This document shows, piece by piece, positions 42,699 through 52,829 of a stretch of 64,000 nucleotides of DNA. The notes under the pieces were generated by a model. It did no database searches. It worked only from the letters and a program-made list of their open reading frames with translations, and was not told the DNA's origin. Source of the stretch: an uncultured Chloroflexia bacterium (GTDB lineage: Bacteria; Chloroflexota; Limnocylindria; Limnocylindrales; CSP1-4); the NCBI GenBank assembly GCA_963712745.1, contig CAVQJC010000006.1, forward strand, positions 192,001 through 256,000, given 5' to 3'. Position 1 is the stretch's first letter. The number at the start of each line of letters is the position of its first letter. The position numbers and the translations under genes are program-made.

Positions 42699-43444
42699 AC
42701 GACCTGAGGTCACACCTGCTCACGGGCAAGGTGCGCCATCGCCGCACACAGCCCAGACCCTATGAGCTCGAGCACGACGTCTTCTACCTGGCGCTCGACC
42801 TCGACGAGATCGATGAAGCGGCCCGGCGCCTGCGCCTGTTCAGCCGCAACCGTTTCAACGCCCTGACCCTGCGTGACCGCGACCACTGGCTGCCCGAGGC
42901 GAGCGACCTCCGGTCTTCAGCCCTCGAGCACCTCCGCGAGGAGGGCTTCGACCCGGACGGTTGGCGCATCACGTTCATCGCCACCCCCCGGGTGCTGGGC
43001 TACCAGTTCAACCCGGCCAGCTTCTATCTCTGTCGGGACGAGCAAGGCTTGATGCAGGTCGTCATCATCGAGGTCCACAACACGCATCACGAGCGGCGCC
43101 TGTATACGCTGCGGCCGCAGCGGCAGGGCAAGGCCTGGGTGGATAGCATGGACAAGGACTTCTACGTCTCCCCCTTCATCGACATGGACGCGCGCTATAC
43201 GGTTCGGGTGCAGGACGACCCGGACCGAGTGCGCATCGCCATCACCGAGACCGAGCATGGTGAGCCAGTGCTGACGGCCACGCTGGTGGCCGAGCGCAAG
43301 CGCCTGACCGACCGGAACCTCCTGCGCACGCTGATGCACGTCCCGCTGGCCACGCAGAAGACGATCGTGGCCATCCACCTGCACGCCTGGCGCATGTGGC
43401 GCCGCGGGTTCAGCTTCCGACGACACTCCCAGACGGCCCCATGA
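42695..43444 (+). CDS. DUF1365 family protein (UfaO-like)
   Basis: VRHRR, PRVLGYQFNPASFY, EVHNT and KDFYVSPF motifs. Confidence 0.9.
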   Translation: MNDLRSHLLTGKVRHRRTQPRPYELEHDVFYLALDLDEIDEAARRLRLFSRNRFNALTLRDRDHWLPEASDLRSSALEHLREEGFDPDGWRITFIATPRVLGYQFNPASFYLCRDEQGLMQVVIIEVHNTHHERRLYTLRPQRQGKAWVDSMDKDFYVSPFIDMDARYTVRVQDDPDRVRIAITETEHGEPVLTATLVAERKRLTDRNLLRTLMHVPLATQKTIVAIHLHAWRMWRRGFSFRRHSQTAP

Positions 43445-44682
43445 GCGCGCCGACCGTCTCGAGCAGGGCGGCCACTCCGGTCGACTCCCTCCTCACCCGG
43501 CTCGCGGGACGGATCGCCCTCTCGGCCGCTTCGCGGCTGCAGGTCGGCCGCCTCACGGTCCAGCTGCCCGATGGCTCTCGGCGCGTATTCGGCGACGTCG
43601 ACTCTGACCTGAGCGGCGAGATGCATATCCACGACGCCGAAGCGTTGCAGCGCCTGCTGATCGGTGGCGAGGTCGGCGGTGGTGAGGCCTACATGGACGG
43701 CCTGTGGTCCAGCCCCGACCTCGTCGGACTCATCTCGCTGGCCGTCGCCAACCGCCATGCGCTGGCCCTGTCCAAGGGCTGGTGGCGGCTTCCGGCCAAG
43801 GCCGCCCGGACCGTCTCCCACCGCCGTAACCGCAACACCAGGTCGGGCTCGAAGCGCAACATCACCGCCCACTACGACCTGGGTAACGACTTCTACCGCC
43901 TCTGGCTCGATGAGACGATGACCTACTCGTCCGCGGTCTTCGAATCGCCCCACCAGTCCCTGGCCGAGGCGCAGCGCAACAAGTACCGGGCGATGGCTGT
44001 ACGGGCCGGCCTCGAACGCGGCCAGCACGTGCTTGAGATCGGTACCGGCTGGGGCGGGTTCGCCCTGTACGCGGCAGGTGAGCTCGGCGCCCGAGTCACC
44101 AGCGTGACCATCTCGCAGGCGCAGCACGACCTTGCGCGCGAGCGGATACGCGAAGCGGGACTCGATGACAGGGTCACCGTAGAGCTGCGGGACTACCGCG
44201 ACATCCGCGGCGAGTACGACGCGGTCGTATCCATCGAGATGCTCGAGGCCGTCGGGGCCGAGTACTACCGGGACTACTTCGAGGCTCTCGCGACAGCGCT
44301 CAAGCCGGGTGGCCGGGCCAGCATCCAGGTCATCACCTTCCCGCACGACGCCTACCAGGCCCAGCTCCGCAGCGCCAACTGGATCCAGCGCTACATCTTC
44401 CCGGGCGGCGTGCTGCCCTCGCTGGCGGCCATCGAATCGTCGCTGGAGGGCACAGGCCTCCTGCTCACTGACGTCCGCGACATCCGCGACAGCTATGCCC
44501 TCACGCTCAAGACGTGGCGGGAGCGATTCTTCGAGCACATCGCCGAGGTCCGGGCAATGGGCTTCGACGACCGTTTCATCAGGATGTGGGACTACTACCT
44601 CTCGATCAGCGAAGCCGGCTTCCGCACGGGCATGACCCAGGACCTGCAGATCGCCTTCGAGAAGAGCCGCGGCCGGCCGTAG
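43441..44682 (+). CDS. cfa: Cyclopropane-fatty-acyl-phospholipid synthase family methyltransferase (UfaM-like)
   Basis: HYDLGNDFY, MTYSSA, LEIGTGWG, SIEMLEAVG and YIFPGG motifs. Confidence 0.93.
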   Translation: MSAPTVSSRAATPVDSLLTRLAGRIALSAASRLQVGRLTVQLPDGSRRVFGDVDSDLSGEMHIHDAEALQRLLIGGEVGGGEAYMDGLWSSPDLVGLISLAVANRHALALSKGWWRLPAKAARTVSHRRNRNTRSGSKRNITAHYDLGNDFYRLWLDETMTYSSAVFESPHQSLAEAQRNKYRAMAVRAGLERGQHVLEIGTGWGGFALYAAGELGARVTSVTISQAQHDLARERIREAGLDDRVTVELRDYRDIRGEYDAVVSIEMLEAVGAEYYRDYFEALATALKPGGRASIQVITFPHDAYQAQLRSANWIQRYIFPGGVLPSLAAIESSLEGTGLLLTDVRDIRDSYALTLKTWRERFFEHIAEVRAMGFDDRFIRMWDYYLSISEAGFRTGMTQDLQIAFEKSRGRP

Positions 44683-44703
44683 GCCAAGAAGGAATCGGAT
44701 CGT

Positions 44704-46173
44704 ATGCGCATCCTCATCGTCGGTGCCAGCGGCTATGTCGGTGGGCGCCTGGTGGCCTTGCTCGCCGCCCAAGGCCATCACCTGCGACTCGCCAGCCGCG
44801 ACCCTCGGGGGCTGAAGGAACGCTTCCCCGGTAGCGACGTCGTACGCGTCGACCTGCTCGACCCAGACACGCTGGCGCCGGCGCTCGAGGACGTGGACAC
44901 CGCCTACTACCTGGCCCACTCGATGGCCGGCGGCGAGGCCGATTTCGCCATGCGCGACCTGCGTGCGGCCCGCTGGTTCGGCCAGGCAGCCCGGGAGGCC
45001 GGCGTCGGACACGTCGTCTATCTGGGGGGCCTCGGCGACCCCGACAGCGGGCTTTCGCCGCACCTGGCCAGCCGCCAGGAGGTCGGAGCCGAGCTGGCCG
45101 CGCACGGCGTGCCGGTCACCGAGTTCAGGGCGGCGGTCATCATCGGCTCGGGCAGCGCGTCCTTCGAACTGCTGCGCAGCCTCGTCGAGCATCTACCGGT
45201 CATGGTCACGCCGCGCTGGGTGCGGACCCTCTGTCAGCCCATCGCCATCCGCGACGTGCTCGACTACCTGGTCGCGGCCGCGAATCATCCGGAGCGCGTC
45301 GGCGTGGTCGAGATCGGCGGGCCGGACGTGATCTCCTACGCGGAGATGATGAACACCTACGCCCGGCTTCGCGACATGCGCAGGCTGATGATCCCGGTGC
45401 CGGTGCTGACCCCGCGTCTCAGCTCCTACTGGTGCAGCCTGGTCACGCCGATCCCGAGCTCCATCGCACGACCGCTCATCGAGGGCTTGCGCAACGAGGT
45501 CGTCGTGCGTCATCCCGAGCCGGCAAGCGCGTTCGGCCTGGAGACCACGCCCTTCGAGACGGCGGTGCGCCGGGCCATCGACCGCAGGGACCGCCACGAC
45601 GTCGAGACCACCTGGTTCGACTCCCTCGGGCTGCCGGGTCGGCCCGACCTCGACCAGGATGCGAACCGCGAGGGCATGATGCTCGACCGTCAACGCCGCC
45701 GGGTGCGCGCGACCGCGCATGACACATTCGTCCAGATCGAGCGGCTCGGCGGGAGGGCGGGCTGGCCCTACGGCAACGCTCTCTGGCGCGTGCGCGGGTG
45801 GCTGGACCGGATGGTGGGAGGCCCGGGCATGCGACTCGGTCGGCGCGACCCGCGACACGTCCGCGTCGGCGATGCCGTGGACTTCTGGCGCGTCGAAGAG
45901 GTGCGGCCCGATGAGCTGCTGCGGCTGCGTGCCGAGATGCGCGTCCCCGGCCGGGCCTGGCTTCAGTACGAGGTCAGCGAGGATGGCGACGACGGCTGCA
46001 GGCTCGTGCAGACGGCCTTCTTCGAACCGCGCGGCCTCAGTGGTCGGCTCTACTGGTACCTCCTTCTCCCGGCCCACCTGTTCATCTTCCGCGGTTCCAT
46101 CCGCGAGCTCGCCCGCCGGGCCGAGCGTGCTGCCGCGGGCGTGGACCGGGGATCAGCCGCGGGCCGTGGCTGA
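44704..46173 (+). CDS. YbjT-like atypical SDR with C-terminal DUF2867
   Basis: GASGYVGGRL, YYLAHSM, VYLGGL and DFWRVE..LRLRAEMRVPGRAWL. Confidence 0.88.
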   Translation: MRILIVGASGYVGGRLVALLAAQGHHLRLASRDPRGLKERFPGSDVVRVDLLDPDTLAPALEDVDTAYYLAHSMAGGEADFAMRDLRAARWFGQAAREAGVGHVVYLGGLGDPDSGLSPHLASRQEVGAELAAHGVPVTEFRAAVIIGSGSASFELLRSLVEHLPVMVTPRWVRTLCQPIAIRDVLDYLVAAANHPERVGVVEIGGPDVISYAEMMNTYARLRDMRRLMIPVPVLTPRLSSYWCSLVTPIPSSIARPLIEGLRNEVVVRHPEPASAFGLETTPFETAVRRAIDRRDRHDVETTWFDSLGLPGRPDLDQDANREGMMLDRQRRRVRATAHDTFVQIERLGGRAGWPYGNALWRVRGWLDRMVGGPGMRLGRRDPRHVRVGDAVDFWRVEEVRPDELLRLRAEMRVPGRAWLQYEVSEDGDDGCRLVQTAFFEPRGLSGRLYWYLLLPAHLFIFRGSIRELARRAERAAAGVDRGSAAGRG

Positions 46174-47538
46174 CTTGAAGGCGGCCAGGGCACGCTCTCG
46201 GCCTACAGCCAGGTCGACGATGGGCGAGGGGTAGTCGGCGACCGGTTCAGGTGACTCCCACGGCGCGTGTACGTAGGCCGAGGGCACGTCCGCGAGCTCC
46301 GCTACCCAGCGCCTCACCCATGCGCCTTCCGAATCGAACCGCTGACCCTGGCGCACGGGGTTGAAGATGCGGAACCAGGGCTGCGCGTCCGCACCCACGC
46401 CGGCAGTCCACTGCCAGCCGCCGCGGTTGTTGGCCACGTCCCCGTCGATGAGGTGGCGCATGAAGTGACGCTCGCCGATGCGATAGTCCATGAGCAGGTG
46501 CCGGGTGAGGAACGAGGCCACCACCAGCCGCGCGCGATTGCTGAGCCAACCGGTCCCGGCCAGCTGACGCATACCCGCATCCACGACCGGCACACCGGTC
46601 CGTCCCTCGCGCCAGGCAGCGACCGCGTCCGGGTCCTCGGCCTCGGAGCGGAAGGCAGACATCAGCGGCGAGGCGGGGGGCGCCCCAGCCTCGCGACGGT
46701 GGAAGAGATGGTGGTGGTAGAACTCGCGCCACGCCACCTGGCGCACGAACGGTGTCGCGTCGGCCGCGGCCTCCAGGGCCGCGTTCTCGACCTGCAGCGG
46801 GGAGAGCGTCCCGAAGTGCAGATCGGCACCCAGATGGGACGACCCCTCCCCGTGCAGCACGTCCCGCCGCGATCCATAGTCGTTGAGGCCGTCCGCCACC
46901 CACGACGCGAGCCGGTCGTGGGCAGCAGCTTCGCCGGGGCCGGGCAACCCGGCCAGCGGTGCCGGGTCAGTGGGCGGAGCCGACGGCGCTGCTAGGACCT
47001 CCAGCGGCGTCGGGATGTGCATCGGCTCACTCGCCATCGCCCGACGGGGCACCCGCTGCAGGGTCTTCCAGAACGGGGTGAAGACGCCGTAGGGCCGGCC
47101 GGACGCGGTCAGCACCGTCTCCGGCTCCGCCAGCAGCAGGCCCGACCGAAGGCCGAGGCGCCGACCGTCGTGCTCGAGAGCGGCCGCCACCGCCCCGTCG
47201 CGCAGGTGGCTGAAGGGCGTCACGTCACGGGCGGCGAGGACTACATCAGCACCGATCTCGCGAGCGACCTGGGGTACGACCATCGCCGGGTCCCCACGCC
47301 GCAGGAGCAGGCCGCTACCCCTCGCCCGCAGCGAAGCATCAAGCTCGGCCAGCGAGCGATGGAGGAACCAGGTACGCGCGGGCGACCTGGCCACGAGGCG
47401 GTCGTCGAGCACGAACAGCGGCACCACCACGCGGGCTTGCGCGACGGCTTCGACCAGGGCCGGATTGTCCGCTGTGCGCAGGTCGCGCCGGAACCACACG
47501 ATGGCGGTCGACCATCGCCGTGCCGGGTCGATGCCCAT
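46153..47538 (-). CDS. phrB: Deoxyribodipyrimidine photolyase (class I)
   Basis: WFRRDLRTADNPAL, VFTPF, WREFY, GRTGVPVVDAGMRQL, NRARL, NNRGGWQW and RIFNP motifs. Confidence 0.95.
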   Translation of the reverse strand: MGIDPARRWSTAIVWFRRDLRTADNPALVEAVAQARVVVPLFVLDDRLVARSPARTWFLHRSLAELDASLRARGSGLLLRRGDPAMVVPQVAREIGADVVLAARDVTPFSHLRDGAVAAALEHDGRRLGLRSGLLLAEPETVLTASGRPYGVFTPFWKTLQRVPRRAMASEPMHIPTPLEVLAAPSAPPTDPAPLAGLPGPGEAAAHDRLASWVADGLNDYGSRRDVLHGEGSSHLGADLHFGTLSPLQVENAALEAAADATPFVRQVAWREFYHHHLFHRREAGAPPASPLMSAFRSEAEDPDAVAAWREGRTGVPVVDAGMRQLAGTGWLSNRARLVVASFLTRHLLMDYRIGERHFMRHLIDGDVANNRGGWQWTAGVGADAQPWFRIFNPVRQGQRFDSEGAWVRRWVAELADVPSAYVHAPWESPEPVADYPSPIVDLAVGRERALAAFKSATARG

Positions 47539-47563
47539 CGTTGGCTCCTTTCGTGTCGAACGT

Positions 47564-47657
47564 TGTACAAGCGCAGAAAACATTGTACAACCCCTTGACA
47601 CTCGGCGCCGGTACTCCTAGTATCGTCCTTGTACAAACCATGTACATATCAAGGACA
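47564..47657. promoter_or_regulatory. Sigma70 promoter TTGACA-17-TAGTAT overlapped and flanked by 11-bp-phased TnnACA operators
   Basis: TGTACA at 47564 and 47584, TTGACA at 47595 (-35), TAGTAT at 47618 (-10), TGTACA at 47630 and 47641, AGGACA at 47652. Confidence 0.8.
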
Positions 47658-47662
47658 GCCTG

Positions 47663-49102
47663 ATGACGAAGCACATCCTGAACAGCACCCACACCATCTC
47701 GGCCGATATCGATCGCGTCTGGGACTTCTTCTCCCGCGCCGAGAACCTGGGGCGCATCACGCCACGTTCGATGAGCTTCGACATCCATACGCCCGAGCCC
47801 TCGACGAAGACCGGAGCGACCATCGACTACACGGTGCGACCGCTCTTCGGTATCCCGACCTCGTGGCGCACCCTCATCGACGACGTCGACGCCCCGCACC
47901 GCTTTCGCGACATCCAGGAGAAGGGCCCCTACAAGACGTGGGTCCACGAACACCGGTTCGCAGAGGTCGAGGGCGGTGTCCGCATGGACGACCGCGTCGA
48001 GTACGAGATGCCCTTCGGGCCTCTGGGCTCGCTGGCGCATCGGCTGGCCGTTCGGGCCCAGCTCCAGCACGTCTTCGACTTCCGGACCTCAGCCATCGAC
48101 AACATCTTCGAACCCCCTGGTGACCCCGACAGTGCGACTCCCGGCACCATCGCGGTCGCGGGCGGGACTGGGTTCGTGGGCGGCGAGATCGCCCGAGAGC
48201 TGCGCCGCCGCGGGCGCCTCGTCAAGGTCCTCTCCTCCCGAGGCGAGGGCGCCCGGGGCCAGCTCCCTGATGACGTCGAGATCGTCAAGGCCGATGTGCG
48301 CGACCCCGAAGGCCTGAAGAAGGCACTCGCGGGTGTCGACGAGCTGGTCATCTCGCTGGCCTTCCCCGGCTTGCCCGTAGAGCAACCCTCCAAGGGCTTC
48401 ACCTTCGAGGAAGTGGACGCAGCCGGCACCGAGCGGCTCATCGAGGCCGCCAAGTCCGCGGGCGTCTCGCGCGCCCTCTACATCTCCGGGGCCGGTGCGG
48501 GTCACGATGCGGACAAGCACTGGTTCCGCTCCAAGGCGCGGGCGGAAGACGCGATCCGTGGGTCGGGTCTGGGCTGGACCATCATCCGTCCGACCTGGGT
48601 CTTCGGCCCAGGCGACGTCTCCTTGAACCGTTTCCTCGGCTTCGCCCGGGCCCTGCCCTTCGTGCCCATGACCAACTTCGGGCGGCAGCAGCTGGCGCCG
48701 GTGTTCGTCCGCGACGTGGCTACGTTGGCTGCCGACTCACTGGAACAGGAAGCGGCGAACGAGCAAGTCTTCGAACTGGGTGGGCCCGAGACACTGTCGA
48801 TGCGCGAGATCCTGCACCGGGCGATGGCGGTCGCCGGGATGCACAAGCCCCTGCTGCCGGCACCGGCGGCCATGGTCAAGCTCGCCGCCTGGCCGATGCG
48901 CTTCCTTCCGAATCCGCCCTTGAGTCCCGATGCGGTCGACTTCGTGAACCAGCCCGCGACCGTGGACATCGAACCCCTGCTTGCGAGGATGCCCAGGACA
49001 CTGACCACGCTCGAGGACGGCCTGGCCACCTACCTCGGTCCCGATCACTCGGACGTGTCCATCTCCGATTCGGTCAACGGGGAGGTGCCTGTCACCGCCT
49101 GA
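47663..49102 (+). CDS. SRPBCC domain fused to an NDUFA9-like NAD(P)-binding epimerase/SDR
   Basis: N-terminal FRDIQEKGPYKTWVHEHRF..DRVEY; C-terminal AGGTGFVG, IIRPTWVFG and ELGGPE. Confidence 0.85.
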   Translation: MTKHILNSTHTISADIDRVWDFFSRAENLGRITPRSMSFDIHTPEPSTKTGATIDYTVRPLFGIPTSWRTLIDDVDAPHRFRDIQEKGPYKTWVHEHRFAEVEGGVRMDDRVEYEMPFGPLGSLAHRLAVRAQLQHVFDFRTSAIDNIFEPPGDPDSATPGTIAVAGGTGFVGGEIARELRRRGRLVKVLSSRGEGARGQLPDDVEIVKADVRDPEGLKKALAGVDELVISLAFPGLPVEQPSKGFTFEEVDAAGTERLIEAAKSAGVSRALYISGAGAGHDADKHWFRSKARAEDAIRGSGLGWTIIRPTWVFGPGDVSLNRFLGFARALPFVPMTNFGRQQLAPVFVRDVATLAADSLEQEAANEQVFELGGPETLSMREILHRAMAVAGMHKPLLPAPAAMVKLAAWPMRFLPNPPLSPDAVDFVNQPATVDIEPLLARMPRTLTTLEDGLATYLGPDHSDVSISDSVNGEVPVTA

Positions 49103-49122
49103 GCCGCGACAGGACCACCGCC

Positions 49123-51321
49123 ATGATCGAAGTCCCCCTTAGCTACGACGGTGCGCGCCGCCCGAACCCCTCCCTCGAGTGGTATCGGAGCCCTGCGAGA
49201 CCGGCCCTCCAGGTCGCTTCTGCACTCGACCGGGTGCGGCGCGCATCGGCCATCCTGCCAGCGACGCGACTCCTGCCTGACGTCCTCCACGCGGTCGATG
49301 AGGCTGTGCGGCAAGGTATCGCGGCGCAGTCAGTCCTAGCCCCTCTCCTCGAGGCCGTCGCTGACGTGCGAGACACGGTCACCGGGCTAGCCGCGGTCCA
49401 CGCGCTGGCTCGTGTGCCCGGCCCTGAAGCCCAGACAGAGCTGGCGAGACTGCTGCTCGCGTCCTCGCCTGGCTTCGCCGAGCATGCAGCGTGGTCGCTG
49501 TCGCACCGACCCGCGAGCAGTTGGCTGGCCGCTCCGCTAGCGGCCTCTGTCGCGCGCGGTGGCGTCCTCGGCATGCACGCCCAGCAGGCCCTGGCCCGCT
49601 GGGCCGAGCGAGACCCCGACGTCGTCGTCGCAGCCCTCGCCGACGTCCTGGGCGAGACGGTCGCCAGTGACGAGCGCCGCTACCTGACCGAGACCGTGGG
49701 CCTCGTGCCCGGGGCTCGGGCAAGTCGCTTACTCACCCGTGTCGGGAGCGATCCCGATGAAGCCGCAGAGGTACGCAACACGGCCGTCGGGGCCTTCACA
49801 GAGCGCCTTGATGAGCGGCTGCCTGCCCTCTTCACGCGCCCAGGCCGGCTCGACGGCGAGCTCGTCGAAGCCCTCCGAGCCGTGCGTGCCCAGCGCCGGT
49901 TGATCCGCCGCGGGCCGCGACTCGCCGACCAGCGCCACCAAGGACTCCGCGTCGCGCACATCCACCTCGGGGAGGCCGGGGGTCTGGCTACCCTTCTGCC
50001 CCAGCTGGGACGTCACTTGAGCGACCGACCGCGAGTAGCGGAGACGATCACCGTGCTGCGGGCGAATGAGACGGCGGAACCGTTGACGAGCATCGACTCG
50101 GGCCACCGGCTCGAGCGTGTACGACTGGAACCGGGCGAGGGCGCGACCTTCGCCAGTCGCTGGCCATCACTGGTGGCGGCCCGGCGGGGCATCCGAGCTG
50201 CCTTCCTCGCTGGCTATCGCCCAGACGTAGTCCACCTGCGGATGGCCGATCCGGGCAGCCTCGCCGGTGCGATGGTCGCACGCGAGCTGGGGGTGCCGAT
50301 GGTCTTCACCCTCGCGGCCGACCCCCACAGTCATGTCGTTGCCGCCGAATCGGCGGGGAGACTCGACCGTCGCTCGTTCGCCGCTGAAGACGCGCGCGGT
50401 GCCTTGTGGCTTCGAACCAGCCTGGTCGGCCGTCTCGCGGCCGAGGCGCGAGAGCTGGCGGTGTTCCCCAGGCCTGACGTGAGGGGCCAGCTGAAGGATC
50501 TCACCGGTATCGCCATCGACGCCGGGCGGCCCCGCAGCGTGGTGGTCGCCGAGGGCGTGGACACTGCACGGGCAGACGAGGCCAGCGCCACCCTCGAGAA
50601 AGCACGGGAGATGCCGCCGGTCATCGGCGATCTGCAGCAGGCGGTAAGCCGGCTGCCCGCGGAGCGTCGCGGCCTGCCCCTCGTAACCAGCGTAGGGCGG
50701 CTGCATGAGGCCAAGGGCATGGCCCGTCTCGTCGAGGCCTTCGCCGTCGACGCTGAGCTCGCAGCCCGAGCCAATCTGGTGATCGTCGGAGGCAACCTCC
50801 GACATCCGTCCGCCGCCGAGGCCGGAGAGTTGACGCGCATCAGGCATCTCTTCGACCGCTACCCCGGTCTGCAGGATCGTGTCGTTCTCCTGGGCCACCG
50901 CTCGCACGAGGAGGTCGCTCTCGTCCTCGCCGCCACCAGGGCCGGCTGGGGCTCGCTCATCGCTCCGGCCGGCGCGTATGCCTGCGCCAGTGCCAAGGAG
51001 GAGTTCGGGCTCGCCATCGTCGAGGCCATGGCTGCCGGCCTGCCGGTCACCGCTCCCCTGCGAGGTGGACCCAGCACGTACGTCACGGTGGGGCTCGACG
51101 GGTATCTCGCGGATACCCTCCAGTCCCCGGAGATCGCGACATCCGTCCGCGCCACGCTGGACCTGGCGGCCGATCCAGAGACCGCGCGCCGGACGCGGGC
51201 GGCCGTGGAGAAGCGCTACACGGTCGAGCGGATGGCACGCACCCTCAGCGCCGTCTATCGCGTCACGGCCGGCGCCTCCACCCTGGCCCTGCCCGTCTCG
51301 GTGGAGGCCGTGGCGCCATGA
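49123..51321 (+). CDS. GT4 glycosyltransferase with N-terminal HEAT-like repeats
   Basis: Helical AVHALARV/AAWSLS repeats, then VGRLHEAKG and KEEFGLAIVEAMAAGLPV..GGP. Confidence 0.82.
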   Translation: MIEVPLSYDGARRPNPSLEWYRSPARPALQVASALDRVRRASAILPATRLLPDVLHAVDEAVRQGIAAQSVLAPLLEAVADVRDTVTGLAAVHALARVPGPEAQTELARLLLASSPGFAEHAAWSLSHRPASSWLAAPLAASVARGGVLGMHAQQALARWAERDPDVVVAALADVLGETVASDERRYLTETVGLVPGARASRLLTRVGSDPDEAAEVRNTAVGAFTERLDERLPALFTRPGRLDGELVEALRAVRAQRRLIRRGPRLADQRHQGLRVAHIHLGEAGGLATLLPQLGRHLSDRPRVAETITVLRANETAEPLTSIDSGHRLERVRLEPGEGATFASRWPSLVAARRGIRAAFLAGYRPDVVHLRMADPGSLAGAMVARELGVPMVFTLAADPHSHVVAAESAGRLDRRSFAAEDARGALWLRTSLVGRLAAEARELAVFPRPDVRGQLKDLTGIAIDAGRPRSVVVAEGVDTARADEASATLEKAREMPPVIGDLQQAVSRLPAERRGLPLVTSVGRLHEAKGMARLVEAFAVDAELAARANLVIVGGNLRHPSAAEAGELTRIRHLFDRYPGLQDRVVLLGHRSHEEVALVLAATRAGWGSLIAPAGAYACASAKEEFGLAIVEAMAAGLPVTAPLRGGPSTYVTVGLDGYLADTLQSPEIATSVRATLDLAADPETARRTRAAVEKRYTVERMARTLSAVYRVTAGASTLALPVSVEAVAP

Positions 51322-52697
51322 CGCTTCTGGTGGTGGCCCCCGACTACGCGTCCCATGCCACTCCCCTGCTCACTCTCGCCGACTCCTGGAAGCAACGGGG
51401 CCGGCGAGTAGTAGTCGCCACCGGTCCGGCCATGGCGCCGCTGGTACGGGCGGCCGGCATGGAATACACCGAGCTCATCATGTCGCGCGGCTCCAACGCG
51501 GGGGTCATCCGCACCCAGCAGGCCCGCGATGAGGAGGCACGGTCACTCGGGGCATTCTTCGCAGCGACCCGCAAGGGCATGCTCCCGACGCTCACCTACC
51601 AGGCCGAGCAGCGCTCAGTCGACCTGCTCTGGCGACCACGGCAGGTAGCGCTCCGCACCATGCGCATCATCGAGGGCCATCGGCCCGATGCCGTCCTCGT
51701 CGACCACCTCGCGTTCGCCCCCACCATCGGCCTGCGCGCCCTGGACGTGCCGTATGGCGACGTGGTGCTGGGCCACCCCAGGGCTCTGCCGCTGGACGGG
51801 GAGCTGTATGGCGTGCCCTCCGCCTGGCCGCCCGTCCTCAACCCCGACGCGGTCGACCTGGAGCGACTGCGGGCCGCGGCACGCCGAGCTACCGAGGTCT
51901 TCACCGATGCCTACAACGAGACCCTCCACGAGCTCGCGCCTGGGGTCGGAGCCGTGCCTGACGCCTTCGCGGCGCACGGTGATCTCGTGCTCTACAACTA
52001 CCCCGCCGAGCTGCACGGACCGATCCGCTCAGCGCGCCTCCCACGACACGCCTTCCTCGGCAGCGCGGTGCGCACCGAGACGGCCGATCCCGGCGTCACG
52101 GCCTGGCTGGCGCGTCCCGACCGCCGGCCGCTGGTAGTCGTCACGTTCGGCACCTTCCTCTCCGCCCGCTCCGACGTCCTCGCGCGCGTGGCCGCCTCGT
52201 TGCGCCGGGTCGATGTCCGCGTGGCGATCGCTGTCGGGGCCAACGAACCGGCCGTCCTCGGCGATGTCCCGGACGATTGGCTGGTTCGCTCGAGCCTGCC
52301 CCAGGTGACGCTCCTTGGGCATGCCGACCTGCTCATCACCCACGGCGGCAACAACTCCGTGACCGAGGCCTTGACCTTCGGCGTGCCCATGCTCGTGCTG
52401 CCGTTCTCGACCGATCAGTTCGACGGTGCCGCAGCCGTGGAGCGCAGCCTTTCCGGCCTGGCGCTCGATCCCAACAGCGCGTCGCGCCCGCTCATCGCTG
52501 GAGCCGTGCGCGGCCTGCTCAAGAACCCACCCCCGCTGCCCGGCCAGCTGAGCAGACGCCTGCGAGCGAATCCAGGCCCGGAGGTCGCCCACGCCGCGAT
52601 GTCCTCACTCCCCGCCGTGCTATCCCCGCAACTCGCTCGCCAGCCAGAGCCTGAGTCTGTCCGGAATCTCCTGGCCACCGGCCACCCAGCAGCCTGA
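51318..52697 (+). CDS. GT1 (MGT/UDP-glycosyltransferase) family protein
   Basis: ASHATP, VTFGT, LPQVTLL..LITHGGNNSVTEAL..PFSTDQ. ATGA-coupled to the GT4 gene. Confidence 0.87.
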   Translation: MTLLVVAPDYASHATPLLTLADSWKQRGRRVVVATGPAMAPLVRAAGMEYTELIMSRGSNAGVIRTQQARDEEARSLGAFFAATRKGMLPTLTYQAEQRSVDLLWRPRQVALRTMRIIEGHRPDAVLVDHLAFAPTIGLRALDVPYGDVVLGHPRALPLDGELYGVPSAWPPVLNPDAVDLERLRAAARRATEVFTDAYNETLHELAPGVGAVPDAFAAHGDLVLYNYPAELHGPIRSARLPRHAFLGSAVRTETADPGVTAWLARPDRRPLVVVTFGTFLSARSDVLARVAASLRRVDVRVAIAVGANEPAVLGDVPDDWLVRSSLPQVTLLGHADLLITHGGNNSVTEALTFGVPMLVLPFSTDQFDGAAAVERSLSGLALDPNSASRPLIAGAVRGLLKNPPPLPGQLSRRLRANPGPEVAHAAMSSLPAVLSPQLARQPEPESVRNLLATGHPAA

Positions 52698-52829
52698 CGA
52701 CACGCAGCTCCGTGCGGCGGGCCGACACGGCTCCTGCACCCGCCGTTGGGCCATGGAACGGCTGCAGCTGGTGCGGACAGCCACGAGGGCCCGGCCAAGG
52801 CCGATTGGCCGGGTGGTCCGCCCAGGGCA

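Noticed and set aside
43195-45192. Long antisense ORFs (also 37397-39022, 61704-63218, 59498-60973 and others)
   Set aside because: These are typical high-GC shadow frames opposite well-supported genes.
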